UHGV virus genome: UHGV-0126638
Origin: a virus
Length of the DNA: 23,813 bases
Direction: 5' to 3' (one strand)
Part shown: positions 1 through 8,601 of the stretch, piece after piece
How positions within the stretch are numbered: the first letter of the stretch is position 1
Layout: the number at the start of each line of letters is the position of its first letter
Program-made: the position numbers and the translations under genes
The notes under the pieces: generated by a model
What the model was told of the DNA's origin: nothing
Databases searched by the model: none
Seen by the model: the letters and a program-made list of their open reading frames with translations, nothing else

Positions 1-10
1 TTAGCAAGGT

Positions 11-28
11 TGTGTACATTTGTACACA
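11..28. promoter_or_regulatory. 18-bp palindrome TGTGTACA-TT-TGTACACA immediately upstream of rcdA; candidate TetR-type autoregulatory operator
   Basis: Seen directly: the two 8-bp arms are exact reverse complements. Position about 20 bp upstream of the rcdA start. Function is inferred from the habit of TetR-family regulators binding palindromes in their own promoters. Confidence 0.4.
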
Positions 29-49
29 ATTGCAGAGAGAGGAAATGAC

Positions 50-586
50 ATGCGTCGCGCTAACGATCCGCAACGGCGAGAAAAAATTATCCAGGCCACG
101 CTGGAGGCGGTGAAACTTTACGGAATACATGCTGTTACGCACCGCAAAATTGCTACCCTTGCCGGGGTACCGTTGGGATCGATGACCTACTATTTTTCAG
201 GAATTGATGAGTTGTTACTGGAGGCGTTCAGCAGTTTTACTGAGATCATGTCCCGGCAATATCAGGCATTTTTTAGCGATGTTAGTGATGCTCCGGGCGC
301 ATGCCAGGCTATCACCGATATGATCTACAGCTCACAGGTTGCAACGCCGGATAACATGGAGCTGATGTACCAGCTCTACGCGCTGGCTAGCCGAAAACCG
401 CTATTAAAAACGGTAATGCAAAACTGGATGCAGCGCAGTCAGCAAACGCTCGAACAATGGTTTGAACCCGGAACCGCCCGCGCGCTTGATGCGTTTATTG
501 AGGGGATGACGCTGCATTTTGTCACCGACCGTAAGCCGCTATCGCGCGAGGAGATTTTGAGGATGGTTGAGAGGGTTGCAGGGTAG
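50..586 (+). CDS. rcdA: TetR-family transcriptional regulator RcdA (YbjK)
   Basis: ORF 20..586; translation from internal ATG at 50 ([35 protein letters not shown]...) matches my recollection of E. coli RcdA, with an N-terminal TetR HTH. GAGAGAGGAAA purine-rich stretch upstream of ATG 50. Synteny with ybjL, ybjM and grxA supports the call. Confidence 0.88.
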
Positions 587-602
587 TAGATAAGTTTTAG
601 AT

Positions 603-616
603 AACAAAAAACCCAT
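603..616. repeat. 14-bp perfect direct repeat AACAAAAAACCCAT, left copy; candidate att core (attL)
   Basis: Identical 14-mer at 603-616 and 20986-20999, both outside the phage genes. Each overlaps the A-run and stem start of a hairpin (int terminator on the left, ybjL terminator on the right). Confidence 0.45.
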
Positions 617-631
617 TTATGTAAACGGGTT
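610..631 (-). terminator. Hairpin plus T-run on the minus strand downstream of int; putative int terminator
   Basis: Imperfect inverted repeat AACCCATTTA / TAAACGGGTT (9 of 10 pairs); on the minus strand it is followed by TTTTTTG (complement of 603-609). Confidence 0.4.
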
Positions 632-635
632 AATG

Positions 636-669
636 AAAACAATAAGTTAGATTAAAAACAATAAGTTAG
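636..669. repeat. Tandem 15-bp direct repeat AAAACAATAAGTTAG x2 (636-650 and 655-669) between the candidate core and int
   Basis: Seen directly as two perfect copies 19 bp apart. Position in the int-proximal arm fits integrase arm-type or IHF sites, but that function is inferred. Confidence 0.5.
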
Positions 670-690
670 GTTGGTGGTCAGTGGTGGTTA

Positions 691-1743
691 TTACGGGGTA
701 ATGCCAACCGCTGCCGCCACTTTGTCGCCACTTGGCAGCGTTGCCAGAGGATTGAAACGGAGCGCCGTTTCCAGATGATCCGGTGCCAGATGAGCGTAAC
801 GCATAGTCATTTTTATATCGTGATGTCCGAGGATTTTTTGCAAAGCAAGGATATTTCCACCCGACATCATGAAATGCGCCGCAAACGTATGGCGCAGAAC
901 GTGTGTCAGTTGACCGCGAGGGAGCACGATTGACGTTTTTTCCATCACGGATAAAAATTGAAAATAGCAGTCTGTGAAGAAATTGAACCCATCAAGCGCC
1001 ATGATCTCTTCATAAAGCTCTTTACTGATAGGGATGCTTCTGTTTTTCTTCCCCTTCGTTCTTACAAAGGTAATTCGGTATTTAGTCACCTGTGATCGGG
1101 TAAGGTTTATTGCTTCTCGCCAGCGTGCGCCTGTGCTTAAGCATATCTTGACTACCAGTGCCAGAATTGGGTCCTGACGTTTGCAATCAGCCAGCAGTTC
1201 AACAATCTGCTCATGGGTAAGCCATGCCATCTCTTTTTCTGCGATGGTGAATTTTCGCATGTTCTCCAGTGGGTTTGGATACGACCATTCGCCCAGGCGG
1301 GATAGTTCGCTAAAAACACTACTTAGATAGCTTTGCTCCAGGTTAATGGTGACCGGGCTTGCTCCTTTCTTCCATTTCTCGCTGAAGTAGATCTCACCAG
1401 TCAGGCGTTTATCTCGATAGTGGGCAAACATTTTAGAGGTGAGATCGGTTGCAAGGGGATTGCCCAGAGCGTCAACCATCAACAGCAATTTATCATAGAC
1501 ATGCTGCCCAGCGGTTAGAGATTTACCATGTAGTTTGAACCATAGCTCAACCACGTCTTTCAGTGTTCGACGATCCACTGATTCTCCCAGCCAGGGCTTT
1601 GCTTCGGTTTCTTCCATCGTATGGCGCTCAAAAGCCAGAGCTTCGCCTTTGGTGGCGAATTGTTTACGCACACGACGCCCACTACGTCCGGCGGGGTAAC
1701 ATTCGCAAAGCCATTTTCCTGTGGTGAGTTTTCGTACTGCCAT
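691..1743 (-). CDS. int: Tyrosine integrase, P2/186 family
   Basis: ORF 691..1821; start trimmed to ATG at 1743 (MAVRKLTTGKWLCECYPAGRSGRRVRKQFATKGEALAFERHT...), which parallels the P2 Int N-terminus as I recall it. C-terminal catalytic region motifs LSTGARWREA, HVLRHTFAAHFMMSGG and MRYAHLAP (R, H-x-x-R, Y). GGAGGG Shine-Dalgarno upstream. Confidence 0.9.
   Translation of the reverse strand: MAVRKLTTGKWLCECYPAGRSGRRVRKQFATKGEALAFERHTMEETEAKPWLGESVDRRTLKDVVELWFKLHGKSLTAGQHVYDKLLLMVDALGNPLATDLTSKMFAHYRDKRLTGEIYFSEKWKKGASPVTINLEQSYLSSVFSELSRLGEWSYPNPLENMRKFTIAEKEMAWLTHEQIVELLADCKRQDPILALVVKICLSTGARWREAINLTRSQVTKYRITFVRTKGKKNRSIPISKELYEEIMALDGFNFFTDCYFQFLSVMEKTSIVLPRGQLTHVLRHTFAAHFMMSGGNILALQKILGHHDIKMTMRYAHLAPDHLETALRFNPLATLPSGDKVAAAVGITP
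709..730. repeat. 22-bp direct repeat CGCTGCCGCCA(C/T)TTTGTCGCCA, left copy inside the int 3' end; alternative att core or arm-type site
   Basis: 21 of 22 identity with 20909-20930. The left copy encodes the int C-terminal residues GDKVAAA; the right copy begins directly after the ogr stop codon. Confidence 0.45.
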
Positions 1744-1929
1744 AAAAAATGCCCTCCAATAGAGAGCATTTTTACTGTATGTATAACCAGTGTCAATGTA
1801 TGAAATCCTGCGACCATACATCTCACTGAAGCCATAATGAAGTTGGCTATTTTTTGCTATGTGAGTATGTGACTTTTGCGGTTAGCCTGCGACTCATTGT
1901 TATATTAGGCGCAGATATAAAAGCAAAAT

Positions 1930-2121
1930 TTATCGCGAGTTTTTAGTACAGATTTTTTTTGATTTACTAATAGTTCCATCATTGCAAACGAACTTTCCAT
2001 CGGAGGTACAGTGAGAGACACCTCCCTTTTTCCCAGAACAAGGATAATTTTTAGCATAGGTAGTTAGTGGGTTTAATAACAAAGAGCATGATAAAACCAC
2101 AAAAAATACCTTACCAAGCAT
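1930..2121 (-). CDS. Small secreted Cys-rich protein (63 aa precursor); moron between int and cI
   Basis: Strong Shine-Dalgarno (GGGAGGAAA, about 5 nt before ATG at 2121). N-terminal hydrophobic signal peptide [23 protein letters not shown], then a Lys-rich mature part of about 40 aa with four Cys. No confident homolog recalled. Confidence 0.55.
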   Translation of the reverse strand: MLGKVFFVVLSCSLLLNPLTTYAKNYPCSGKKGGVSHCTSDGKFVCNDGTISKSKKICTKNSR

Positions 2122-2136
2122 AGTTTCCTCCCGGTA

Positions 2137-2706
2137 TTACCTAACGTACTTAATTGTTAAACTTATAATTTTCCCAATTATTTCAACATCTTCTATCTTG
2201 CACTCGAAGGCTCTGTTTCCACCTTCAACGAAGATTCTTCCACCGGGTAAACGAGTAATGTCGCGGATTGTTATTTCGCCATCAATACTTATTACCCATT
2301 TACCGTCACGTATATCATCAAATTCTTTATCACAAATAAATTCAGAATTGTTATCTGTGATGACAAAAGGTTTTTTAAACGTAGAGGGTAGAAATCCCTT
2401 ATCAAAAATATAAAAACCGTCTTCACGCAAGGCACCATCAGATAATACATATTTAGCAACTTCCATAGTATTTGTATTACCTGAAGTTTGCTTTGAACCA
2501 TGTCCGGTTGTGAGCCAATTAAGCGAGGTGCCCGTTTCAAGGGCGCACTGGATTACCCATTCTGCTGGGAATGAGTCACGCATGTAGCGTGTGGCGAGTG
2601 TACTTTTAGAGATTCCTAAATGATCGCACAACGCCTGTCGAGTTTTGAATCCATAAGCTTCTACCATGCGCTCTATAGCGCCTCGTCCGCCTTTCTCCAA
2701 ATTCAT
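2137..2706 (-). CDS. Phage 186-type CI-like immunity repressor
   Basis: ORF 2137..2712, start taken at ATG 2706 with GGAG upstream. About 190 aa, divergent from the Apl/CII operon, N-terminal HTH-like region (KTRQALCDHLGISKSTLATRYMR). Size and position match 186 CI as I recall it. Confidence 0.75.
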   Translation of the reverse strand: MNLEKGGRGAIERMVEAYGFKTRQALCDHLGISKSTLATRYMRDSFPAEWVIQCALETGTSLNWLTTGHGSKQTSGNTNTMEVAKYVLSDGALREDGFYIFDKGFLPSTFKKPFVITDNNSEFICDKEFDDIRDGKWVISIDGEITIRDITRLPGGRIFVEGGNRAFECKIEDVEIIGKIISLTIKYVR

Positions 2707-2730
2707 GGTCACTCCAAGTGAACTTTTATC

Positions 2731-2759
2731 TTGACGATTTCACTGTGCGATCGTATGTT
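2731..2759 (+). promoter_or_regulatory. Candidate sigma70 early promoter (pR-like): -35 TTGACG, 17-bp spacer, -10 TATGTT
   Basis: Hexamers read directly from sequence in the cI/apl intergenic region, oriented toward apl-cII. No experimental support. Confidence 0.4.
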
Positions 2760-2831
2760 TATGGTGTTCACAAAATACAAACGATCCGTATTCGTCCTGA
2801 TTAATCATCATTAAACGAGGAATGTTGCATC

Positions 2832-3053
2832 ATGAGACCTAACATTTCAATCACTCTTACCACGCCTCATGTGACTATTGAACGCTATAGCGAGCTGACA
2901 GGGCTGTCCATCGATACCATCAATGACATGTTGGCTGACGGACGCCTTATCCGTCACCGTCTGCGCAAAGATAAAAAACGTGAAAAAGTGATGATCAACA
3001 TAGCAGCCATGACCGTTGATGCGCTTTCAGAATGCAATCTAAACCTTAATTAG
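2832..3053 (+). CDS. Apl/Cox-like small DNA-binding protein (excisionase and transcriptional regulator)
   Basis: 73-aa ORF with GAGGA Shine-Dalgarno, first gene of the rightward operon divergent from cI. Position and size match 186 Apl / P2 Cox; sequence identity not verified. Confidence 0.55.
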   Translation: MRPNISITLTTPHVTIERYSELTGLSIDTINDMLADGRLIRHRLRKDKKREKVMINIAAMTVDALSECNLNLN

Positions 3054-3085
3054 TTCGATTCTGAAATACATCAGAGGCATTGACC

Positions 3086-3595
3086 ATGTTTGATTACCAA
3101 GTTTCCAAACATCCACATTTTGATGAAGCCTGTCGTGCATTCGCATTGCGCCACAACCTAGTGCAACTGGCAGAACGTGCAGGCATGAATGTGCAGATTC
3201 TGCGGAACAAGCTGAACCCAGCTCAACCTCATTTATTAACCGCACCAGAAATCTGGTTGCTTACCGATCTGACTGAAGATTCAACGCTGGTAGATGGCTT
3301 TCTGGCACAGATTCACTGCCTGCCATGTGTACCGATTAATGAGGTGGCAAAAGAGAAACTGCCGCATTACGTCATGAGTGCAACTGCAGAGATAGGGCGT
3401 GTCGCGGCAGGTGCGGTTTCTGGCGATGTAAAAACCAGTGCAGGCCGTCGTGATGCGATCAGCAGCATTAACTCTGTTACACGACTGATGGCGCTGGCTG
3501 CTGTTTCATTGCAGGCCCGTTTACAGGCTAATCCTGCGATGGCGAGTGCAGTTGATACCGTGACTGGCCTCGGTGCTTCATTCGGTTTGCTGTGA
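3086..3595 (+). CDS. Phage 186 CII-like transcriptional activator
   Basis: Translation from ATG 3086 ([45 protein letters not shown]...[28 protein letters not shown]...) closely resembles my recollection of 186 CII (169 aa). AGAGG Shine-Dalgarno 7 nt upstream. Confidence 0.8.
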   Translation: MFDYQVSKHPHFDEACRAFALRHNLVQLAERAGMNVQILRNKLNPAQPHLLTAPEIWLLTDLTEDSTLVDGFLAQIHCLPCVPINEVAKEKLPHYVMSATAEIGRVAAGAVSGDVKTSAGRRDAISSINSVTRLMALAAVSLQARLQANPAMASAVDTVTGLGASFGLL

Positions 3596-3602
3596 GGTGC
3601 TT

Positions 3603-3899
3603 ATGCTGACGAAAGAACCATCATTTGCATCGCTGCTGGTAAAACAAAGTCCGGCAATGCACTACGGTCACGGCTGGATCATGGGTGAGGATGGTAAACG
3701 CTGGCATCCGTGCCGTTCACAAGATGAATTGCTGTCTGAATTGACCACGAGGAAACGGAGAAAGTCCAAATGTATGCGGCAGAAAATAAAGTGGTTTATC
3801 ACTTTCGTTACAGAGGGGAGAATTATTCAGTACCTGAAGATGATTTGCTCTGTTGCTATCCGTCGTTGTCGGGCGATGGTAGCTACTTTTTCACGCTAA
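3603..3899 (+). CDS. Hypothetical early protein; 3' extent uncertain because it overlaps the next gene out of frame
   Basis: ATG 3603 preceded by GAGGTG. The first ~55 residues look protein-like; the remainder overlaps ORF 3770..3994 in another frame and looks like a read-through artefact. Confidence 0.3.
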   Translation: MLTKEPSFASLLVKQSPAMHYGHGWIMGEDGKRWHPCRSQDELLSELTTRKRRKSKCMRQKIKWFITFVTEGRIIQYLKMICSVAIRRCRAMVATFSR

Positions 3900-3994
3900 A
3901 GGATGGAACCTTTATACGTGGTGAAAAAGTACAAGAAGTGATGCGTATAAAGACATCACCTCTTGAACGTTATCGGCGAAATATTTATCGGTAA
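3770..3994 (+). CDS. Hypothetical early protein (74 aa)
   Basis: ATG 3770 with GGAG about 14 nt upstream; protein-like composition (MYAAENKVVYHFRYRGENYSVPEDDLLCCYPSLSGDGSYFFTLKDGTFIRGEK...). Confidence 0.45.
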   Translation: MYAAENKVVYHFRYRGENYSVPEDDLLCCYPSLSGDGSYFFTLKDGTFIRGEKVQEVMRIKTSPLERYRRNIYR

Positions 3995-4233
3995 CGATCT
4001 ATCAGTGTCTGTATCAGATGAGTGAATTCTTGTTGTTTAACCGAACCTAAAGGAAGTTTGTTTAATTCTTCGCGGAGGAGCTCAAAAAATGCTGATTGAT
4101 TTGCTGAGTCAGTTCGAAATAAGGAGTGGATCAGACCTGAAACAAGAATTCGTTGAACAGCAACCTCATCGCGAAGACTGGAGATCTCGTTTTCAAGTTG
4201 CTCTATACGCTCTCTTTCAACCGGGTTCAACAT
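3985..4233 (-). CDS. Hypothetical helical protein encoded antisense to the early operon (82 aa)
   Basis: ATG at 4233 with AGGA about 10 nt upstream on the minus strand. Translation is heptad-like and helical (ERERIEQLENEISSLRDEVAVQRIL...). Competes with plus-strand ORF 4089..4325. Confidence 0.35.
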   Translation of the reverse strand: MLNPVERERIEQLENEISSLRDEVAVQRILVSGLIHSLFRTDSANQSAFFELLREELNKLPLGSVKQQEFTHLIQTLIDRYR

Positions 4234-4325
4234 TGATGATTCCTTCTAGCTATCAATATGTTGGTAATGGATCATATCAAAAATTTTTTAGTAGATGTGT
4301 TGTGGGATGCATAAATGGCTATTGA
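4089..4325 (+). CDS. Hypothetical protein (78 aa), alternative to the antisense ORF 3985..4233
   Basis: ATG 4089 preceded by GGAGGAG at about 8 nt, same orientation as the operon. Composition is less convincing than the opposite-strand ORF. Confidence 0.3.
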   Translation: MLIDLLSQFEIRSGSDLKQEFVEQQPHREDWRSRFQVALYALFQPGSTLMIPSSYQYVGNGSYQKFFSRCVVGCINGY

Positions 4326-4656
4326 AGGCACTGCGGCGACTGTTCCATTAAGCCCCGGTGAACGCCTGAATGGACTTAATCATATTGCGGAGTTAAGAGC
4401 GAAAGTTTTTGGCCTGAATATTGAGTCAGAGCTTGAGCGGTTTATTAAAGATATGCGTAATCCACGGGATATTAATAGCGAACAAAATAAACGGGCACTG
4501 GCTGCCATATTCTTTATGGCAAAAATTCCAGCTGAACGTCATAGCATCAGCATTAATGAGCTGACCACTGACGAAAAGCGGGAGTTGATTAAAGCAATGA
4601 ATCATTTTCGTGCAGTGGTGAGCTTATTTCCCAGACGGCTAACCATGCCGAATTAA
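4315..4656 (+). CDS. Hypothetical phage early protein (113 aa)
   Basis: ORF in operon orientation; no family recognised; weak Shine-Dalgarno. Confidence 0.45.
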   Translation: MAIEGTAATVPLSPGERLNGLNHIAELRAKVFGLNIESELERFIKDMRNPRDINSEQNKRALAAIFFMAKIPAERHSISINELTTDEKRELIKAMNHFRAVVSLFPRRLTMPN

Positions 4657-4723
4657 CCAACTAATGAAATTAATGGCGTAAACCCGCCGGGCATCCCTTT
4701 ATCTAAATTCAGGAGAATTGATT

Positions 4724-4957
4724 ATGCGTAATATTGAAACCCTCACGACTAAAACCGGACCGGATGATGCAGGGCTTAATATTTTACTGACAGAGGCTCG
4801 TCTGGAAGAACGCCGGGCAAGAGCTGAAGCAATGGCAGCTCGCCTTGATAGCCTTGCGTGCCATATCACATCCCGCCAGCTAAACCACGTTGAAGCGGCT
4901 GAACTGCTGCGTGTGGCAGCTGAAGCAATCCAGAACGAAGCGCAGGAGATCCACTAA
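4724..4957 (+). CDS. Hypothetical phage early protein (77 aa)
   Basis: ATG 4724 with AGGAG 8 nt upstream; its stop overlaps the start of the next gene (TAATG), suggesting translational coupling. Confidence 0.5.
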   Translation: MRNIETLTTKTGPDDAGLNILLTEARLEERRARAEAMAARLDSLACHITSRQLNHVEAAELLRVAAEAIQNEAQEIH

Positions 4958-5184
4958 TGGCTGATGCAATGGATCTCGTACAGCAGCGCGTTGAAGAAGA
5001 ACGCCAGCGCCATATCCGTTCTGCCCGTGCCAAAACGCCGGGCGTGTCCCGCGTGCTTTGCATTGAGTGTGAAGCGCCAATTCCGCCAGCACGCCGCCGT
5101 GCCATTCCGGGTGTGCAGCTTTGCATTACCTGTCAGGAAATCGCAGAGCTGAAAGGCAAACATTACAACGGAGGTGCTGTATGA
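4957..5184 (+). CDS. TraR/DksA-family C4 zinc-finger protein
   Basis: 75 aa with the spacing CIECEAPIP...CITCQ (C-x2-C ... C-x2-C) typical of phage and plasmid TraR-like proteins; AGGAG Shine-Dalgarno; stop overlaps the dam start. Confidence 0.7.
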   Translation: MADAMDLVQQRVEEERQRHIRSARAKTPGVSRVLCIECEAPIPPARRRAIPGVQLCITCQEIAELKGKHYNGGAV

Positions 5185-6038
5185 GCACCATCCTGAAATG
5201 GGCGGGAAATAAAACTGCCATAATGTCAGAACTGAAAAAACATCTTCCTGCTGGCCCGCGACTGGTTGAACCTTTCGCGGGTTCCTGTGCTGTGATGATG
5301 GAGACGGATTATCCCAGTTATCTGGTTGCGGATATTAATCCTGATTTAATCAACCTCTATAAAAAGGTTGCCGCTGATTGTGAATCGTTTATATCTCGCG
5401 CCAGAGTTTTATTTGAGATCGCAAACAGGGAGGTGGCTTATTACAACATAAGGCAGGAGTTTAATTACTCAACTGAAATTACTGATTTCATGAAAGCGGT
5501 ATATTTCCTGTATCTCAATCGTCACGGTTACCGTGGTTTATGTCGCTATAACAAGAGCGGGCATTTCAATATTCCCTACGGTAATTATAAAAATCCGTAT
5601 TTCCCTGAAAAAGAAATTCGCGCATTTGCAGAGAAAGCCAAGCGGGCAACGTTTATCTGCGCGAGCTTTGATGAAACGCTGGCGATGCTGCAGGTGGGGG
5701 ATGTGGTGTATTGCGATCCGCCGTATGACGGTACGTTTTCCGGCTATCACACTGATGGTTTCACTGAAGATGACCAGTATCACCTGGCATCCGTTCTTGA
5801 ACATCGGTCATCAGAAGGACATCCGGTCATTGTTTCTAACAGTGACACATCCCTGATCCGTTCGCTGTATCGCAATTTTACTCACCACTACATCAAGGCA
5901 AAACGCAGCATCGGCGTAGCAGCTGGTGAGAGTAAATCTGCAACAGAAATCATCGCTGTTTCCGGGCCGCGCTGCTGGGTGGGATTTGATCCTTCGCGTG
6001 GAGTGGATAGTTCTGCCGTGTACGGAGTGCGTGCATGA
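5181..6038 (+). CDS. DNA adenine methyltransferase, Dam (GATC) family, phage-encoded
   Basis: Translation from ATG 5181 ([11 protein letters not shown]... FAGS ... DPPY) carries the N6-adenine MTase motifs: AdoMet-binding FxGxG-like region and catalytic DPPY. Start after GGAGG; ATGA overlap with gene A. Confidence 0.8.
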   Translation: MSTILKWAGNKTAIMSELKKHLPAGPRLVEPFAGSCAVMMETDYPSYLVADINPDLINLYKKVAADCESFISRARVLFEIANREVAYYNIRQEFNYSTEITDFMKAVYFLYLNRHGYRGLCRYNKSGHFNIPYGNYKNPYFPEKEIRAFAEKAKRATFICASFDETLAMLQVGDVVYCDPPYDGTFSGYHTDGFTEDDQYHLASVLEHRSSEGHPVIVSNSDTSLIRSLYRNFTHHYIKAKRSIGVAAGESKSATEIIAVSGPRCWVGFDPSRGVDSSAVYGVRA

Positions 6039-8449
6039 GCCATGCTGATATGAACAACTGCAGCGGCTTTAACGAGGTCGCCGCAGCATTCTCATGGAAC
6101 AGCCCGAAAAAGGCCATTAACCCTTATCTGGACCCGGCGGAAGTTGCGCCGGTTTCTGCGCTTTCAAACCTGATCACTCTGTACGCTGTCGATAACGAGC
6201 AGGAACAACTGCGCCGCGAGGCACTGAGTGATCAGGTCTGGGAGCGTTATTTCTTTAATGAATCCCGTGATCCTGTCCAGCGCGAAATGGAGCAGGATAA
6301 ACTTATTAGCCGGGCAAAGCTGGCGCATGAGCAGCAGCGTTTTAATCCAGATATGGTCATTCTGGCGGACGTCAATGCCCAGCCTTCCCATATCAGCAAG
6401 CCGCTGATGCAACGTATTGAATACTTCAGCAGCCTGGGCAGGCCAAAGGCTTATTCCCGCTATTTGCGTGAGACGATTAAGCCATGTCTGGAACGACTGG
6501 AGCATGTACGCGACTGTCAGCTATCCACTTCTTTTCGCTTTATGGCAAGCCATGAAGGGCTGGACGGCCTGCTGATCCTGCCTGAAATGAGTCAGGATCA
6601 GGTGAAGCGCCTGTCTACCCTTGTCGCCGCGCATATGAGCATGTGCCTTGATGCAGCTTGTGGTGATTTGTATGCCACCGATGACATTAAGCCAGAAGAA
6701 ATCCGCAAAACATGGGAAAAGGTGGCAGCGGAAACCCTGCGTCTGGATGTTATCCCGCCTGCGTTTGAGCAACTCCGTCGGAAAAGAAACCGCCGTAAAC
6801 CCGTGCCTTATGAACTCATTCCGGGTTCGCTGGCGCGTATGTTATGCGCCGACTGGTGGTATCGGAAATTATGGAAGATGCGTTGCGAATGGCGGGAAGA
6901 GCAGTTGCGTGCTGTTTGCCTGGTCAGCAAAAAAGCATCTCCCTATGTCAGCTATGAAGCCGTGATGCATAAACGTGAGCAGCGCCGTAAGTCGCTGGAG
7001 TTTTTCCGTTCTCATGAACTGGTGAACGAAGACGGCGACACGCTGGATATGGAAGACGTGGTAAACGCCAGCAGCAGCAACCCTGCACATCGCCGCAATG
7101 AGATGATGGCCTGTGTTAAAGGTCTGGAGCTTATCGCGGAAATGCGCGGTGACAGCGCCGTTTTCTACACCATCACCTGTCCGTCACGTTTCCATTCCAC
7201 GCTAAATAACGGCAGGCCCAACCCGACCTGGACAAATGCGACGGTAAGACAAAGCAGTGATTATCTGGTCGGTATGTTTGCTGCATTTCGTAAGGCGATG
7301 CACAAAGCCGGATTACGCTGGTATGGCGTGCGGGTGGCTGAGCCGCATCATGACGGTACAGTTCACTGGCACCTGTTGTGTTTTATGCGCAAAAAAGATC
7401 GCCGCGCCATTACTGCTTTGTTGCGTAAGTTTGCCATTCGTGAAGACCGCGAGGAGCTGGGTAATAACACGGAACCACGCTTTAAGTCTGAGCTGATAAA
7501 CCCGCGCAAAGGTACGCCAACAAGCTACATCGCGAAATACATCAGTAAGAACATTGACGGGCGTGGTCTGGCTGGCGAGATCAGCAAGGAAACGGGTAAA
7601 TCCCTGCGTGATAACGCTGAATACGTTAATGCCTGGGCGTCTCTGCATCGTGTTCAGCAATTCCGCTTCTTTGGCATTCCGGGGCGTCAGGCTTACCGTG
7701 AACTGCGATTGCTGGCTGGTCAGGCGGCAAGGCAACAGGGGGGCAAAAAAGCAGGTGCGCCGGTACTGGATAACCCGCGCCTTGATGCCATCCTGGCCGC
7801 TGCTGATGCTGGTTGTTTTGCCACCTACATCATGAAGCAGGGCGGCGTACTGGTTCCCCGCAAATATCACCTCATCAGAACCGCTTATGAAATCAACGAA
7901 GAGCCGACCGCCTATGGCGATCACGGTATTCGTATTTATGGCATCTGGTCACCCATTGCAGAGGGCAAGATCTGCACTCATGCGGTGAAGTGGAAAATGG
8001 TTCGTAAGGCCGTTGACATTCAGGAGGCGGCAGCCGACCAGGGCGCTTGCGCCCCTTGGACTCGTGGCAATAACTGTCCCCTTGCTGAAAATTTGAACCA
8101 ACAAGGGAAAGACAAATCAGCTGATGGGGATACCAGAACGGATATCACCCGCATGGATGACAAGGAGTTGCACGATTACCTGCACAGTATGAGCAAAAAA
8201 GAGCGCCGGGAACTGGCAGCAAGGTTACGCCTGGTTAAACCGAAACGGCGTAAAGACTACAAACAGCGAATTACAGATCATCAGCGACAGCAGCTCGTCT
8301 ATGAGCTGAAGTCCAGAGGATTTGATGGTAGCGAGAAAGAGGTCGATTTACTCCTTAGCGGCGGCAGTATTCCGTCAGGAGCAGGCCTGCGTATCTTCTA
8401 TCGGAACCAGCGTTTGCAGGAAGATGATAAGTGGCGGGATCTGTATTAA
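6035..8449 (+). CDS. A: P2 gpA-like replication initiation protein (rolling-circle endonuclease)
   Basis: 804-aa ORF downstream of the early genes; size and position match P2 A. An HxH-type motif (VHWHLL) and a Tyr-containing motif (YIAKYISK) fit a rolling-circle initiator. Confidence 0.8.
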   Translation: MSHADMNNCSGFNEVAAAFSWNSPKKAINPYLDPAEVAPVSALSNLITLYAVDNEQEQLRREALSDQVWERYFFNESRDPVQREMEQDKLISRAKLAHEQQRFNPDMVILADVNAQPSHISKPLMQRIEYFSSLGRPKAYSRYLRETIKPCLERLEHVRDCQLSTSFRFMASHEGLDGLLILPEMSQDQVKRLSTLVAAHMSMCLDAACGDLYATDDIKPEEIRKTWEKVAAETLRLDVIPPAFEQLRRKRNRRKPVPYELIPGSLARMLCADWWYRKLWKMRCEWREEQLRAVCLVSKKASPYVSYEAVMHKREQRRKSLEFFRSHELVNEDGDTLDMEDVVNASSSNPAHRRNEMMACVKGLELIAEMRGDSAVFYTITCPSRFHSTLNNGRPNPTWTNATVRQSSDYLVGMFAAFRKAMHKAGLRWYGVRVAEPHHDGTVHWHLLCFMRKKDRRAITALLRKFAIREDREELGNNTEPRFKSELINPRKGTPTSYIAKYISKNIDGRGLAGEISKETGKSLRDNAEYVNAWASLHRVQQFRFFGIPGRQAYRELRLLAGQAARQQGGKKAGAPVLDNPRLDAILAAADAGCFATYIMKQGGVLVPRKYHLIRTAYEINEEPTAYGDHGIRIYGIWSPIAEGKICTHAVKWKMVRKAVDIQEAAADQGACAPWTRGNNCPLAENLNQQGKDKSADGDTRTDITRMDDKELHDYLHSMSKKERRELAARLRLVKPKRRKDYKQRITDHQRQQLVYELKSRGFDGSEKEVDLLLSGGSIPSGAGLRIFYRNQRLQEDDKWRDLY

Positions 8450-8541
8450 TTACGCGGGTTAACAATTCGTGCTCTTAATAATACCAGGCATATCAGGCTG
8501 ATGAACGTAAAAAAACGTTTTACATCAGTAAGATTATTATA

Positions 8542-8561
8542 TACTGTGAATATAAACAGTG
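8542..8561. promoter_or_regulatory. LexA (SOS) box TACTGTGAATATAAACAGTG
   Basis: CTGT-N8-ACAG with an AT-rich centre, 17 of 20 matches to the LexA consensus TACTGTATATATATACAGTA, in an AT-rich promoter-like region about 40 bp upstream of ORF 8602. Confidence 0.6.
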
Positions 8562-8601
8562 GTTATGTATACAGTATTGCTTTGGTGTTATAGGAGGAAA
8601 G

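Noticed and set aside
439-642. Minus-strand ORF (67 aa) overlapping the rcdA 3' end
   Set aside because: Overlaps a conserved host gene on the opposite strand and the int terminator region; no ribosome-binding site.
636-669. Possible CRISPR-like or repeat array
   Set aside because: Only two copies of a 15-bp repeat with a 4-bp spacer; no array structure and no cas genes.
587-690. tRNA gene at the integration site
   Set aside because: No tRNA-like cloverleaf with conserved T-loop or anticodon features could be recognised by eye in either flank; a tRNA-prediction scan was not possible.
6035-8449. P4-type satellite (integrase plus alpha primase-helicase)
   Set aside because: I first read the integrase-adjacent region as P4-like, but the large replication protein lacks helicase Walker motifs and has gpA-like features, and the element carries P2 head, packaging and ogr genes.
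8565-8580. Second LexA box downstream of the first
   Set aside because: Only an ACAGTA half-site is present, with no matching CTGT half at the correct spacing.
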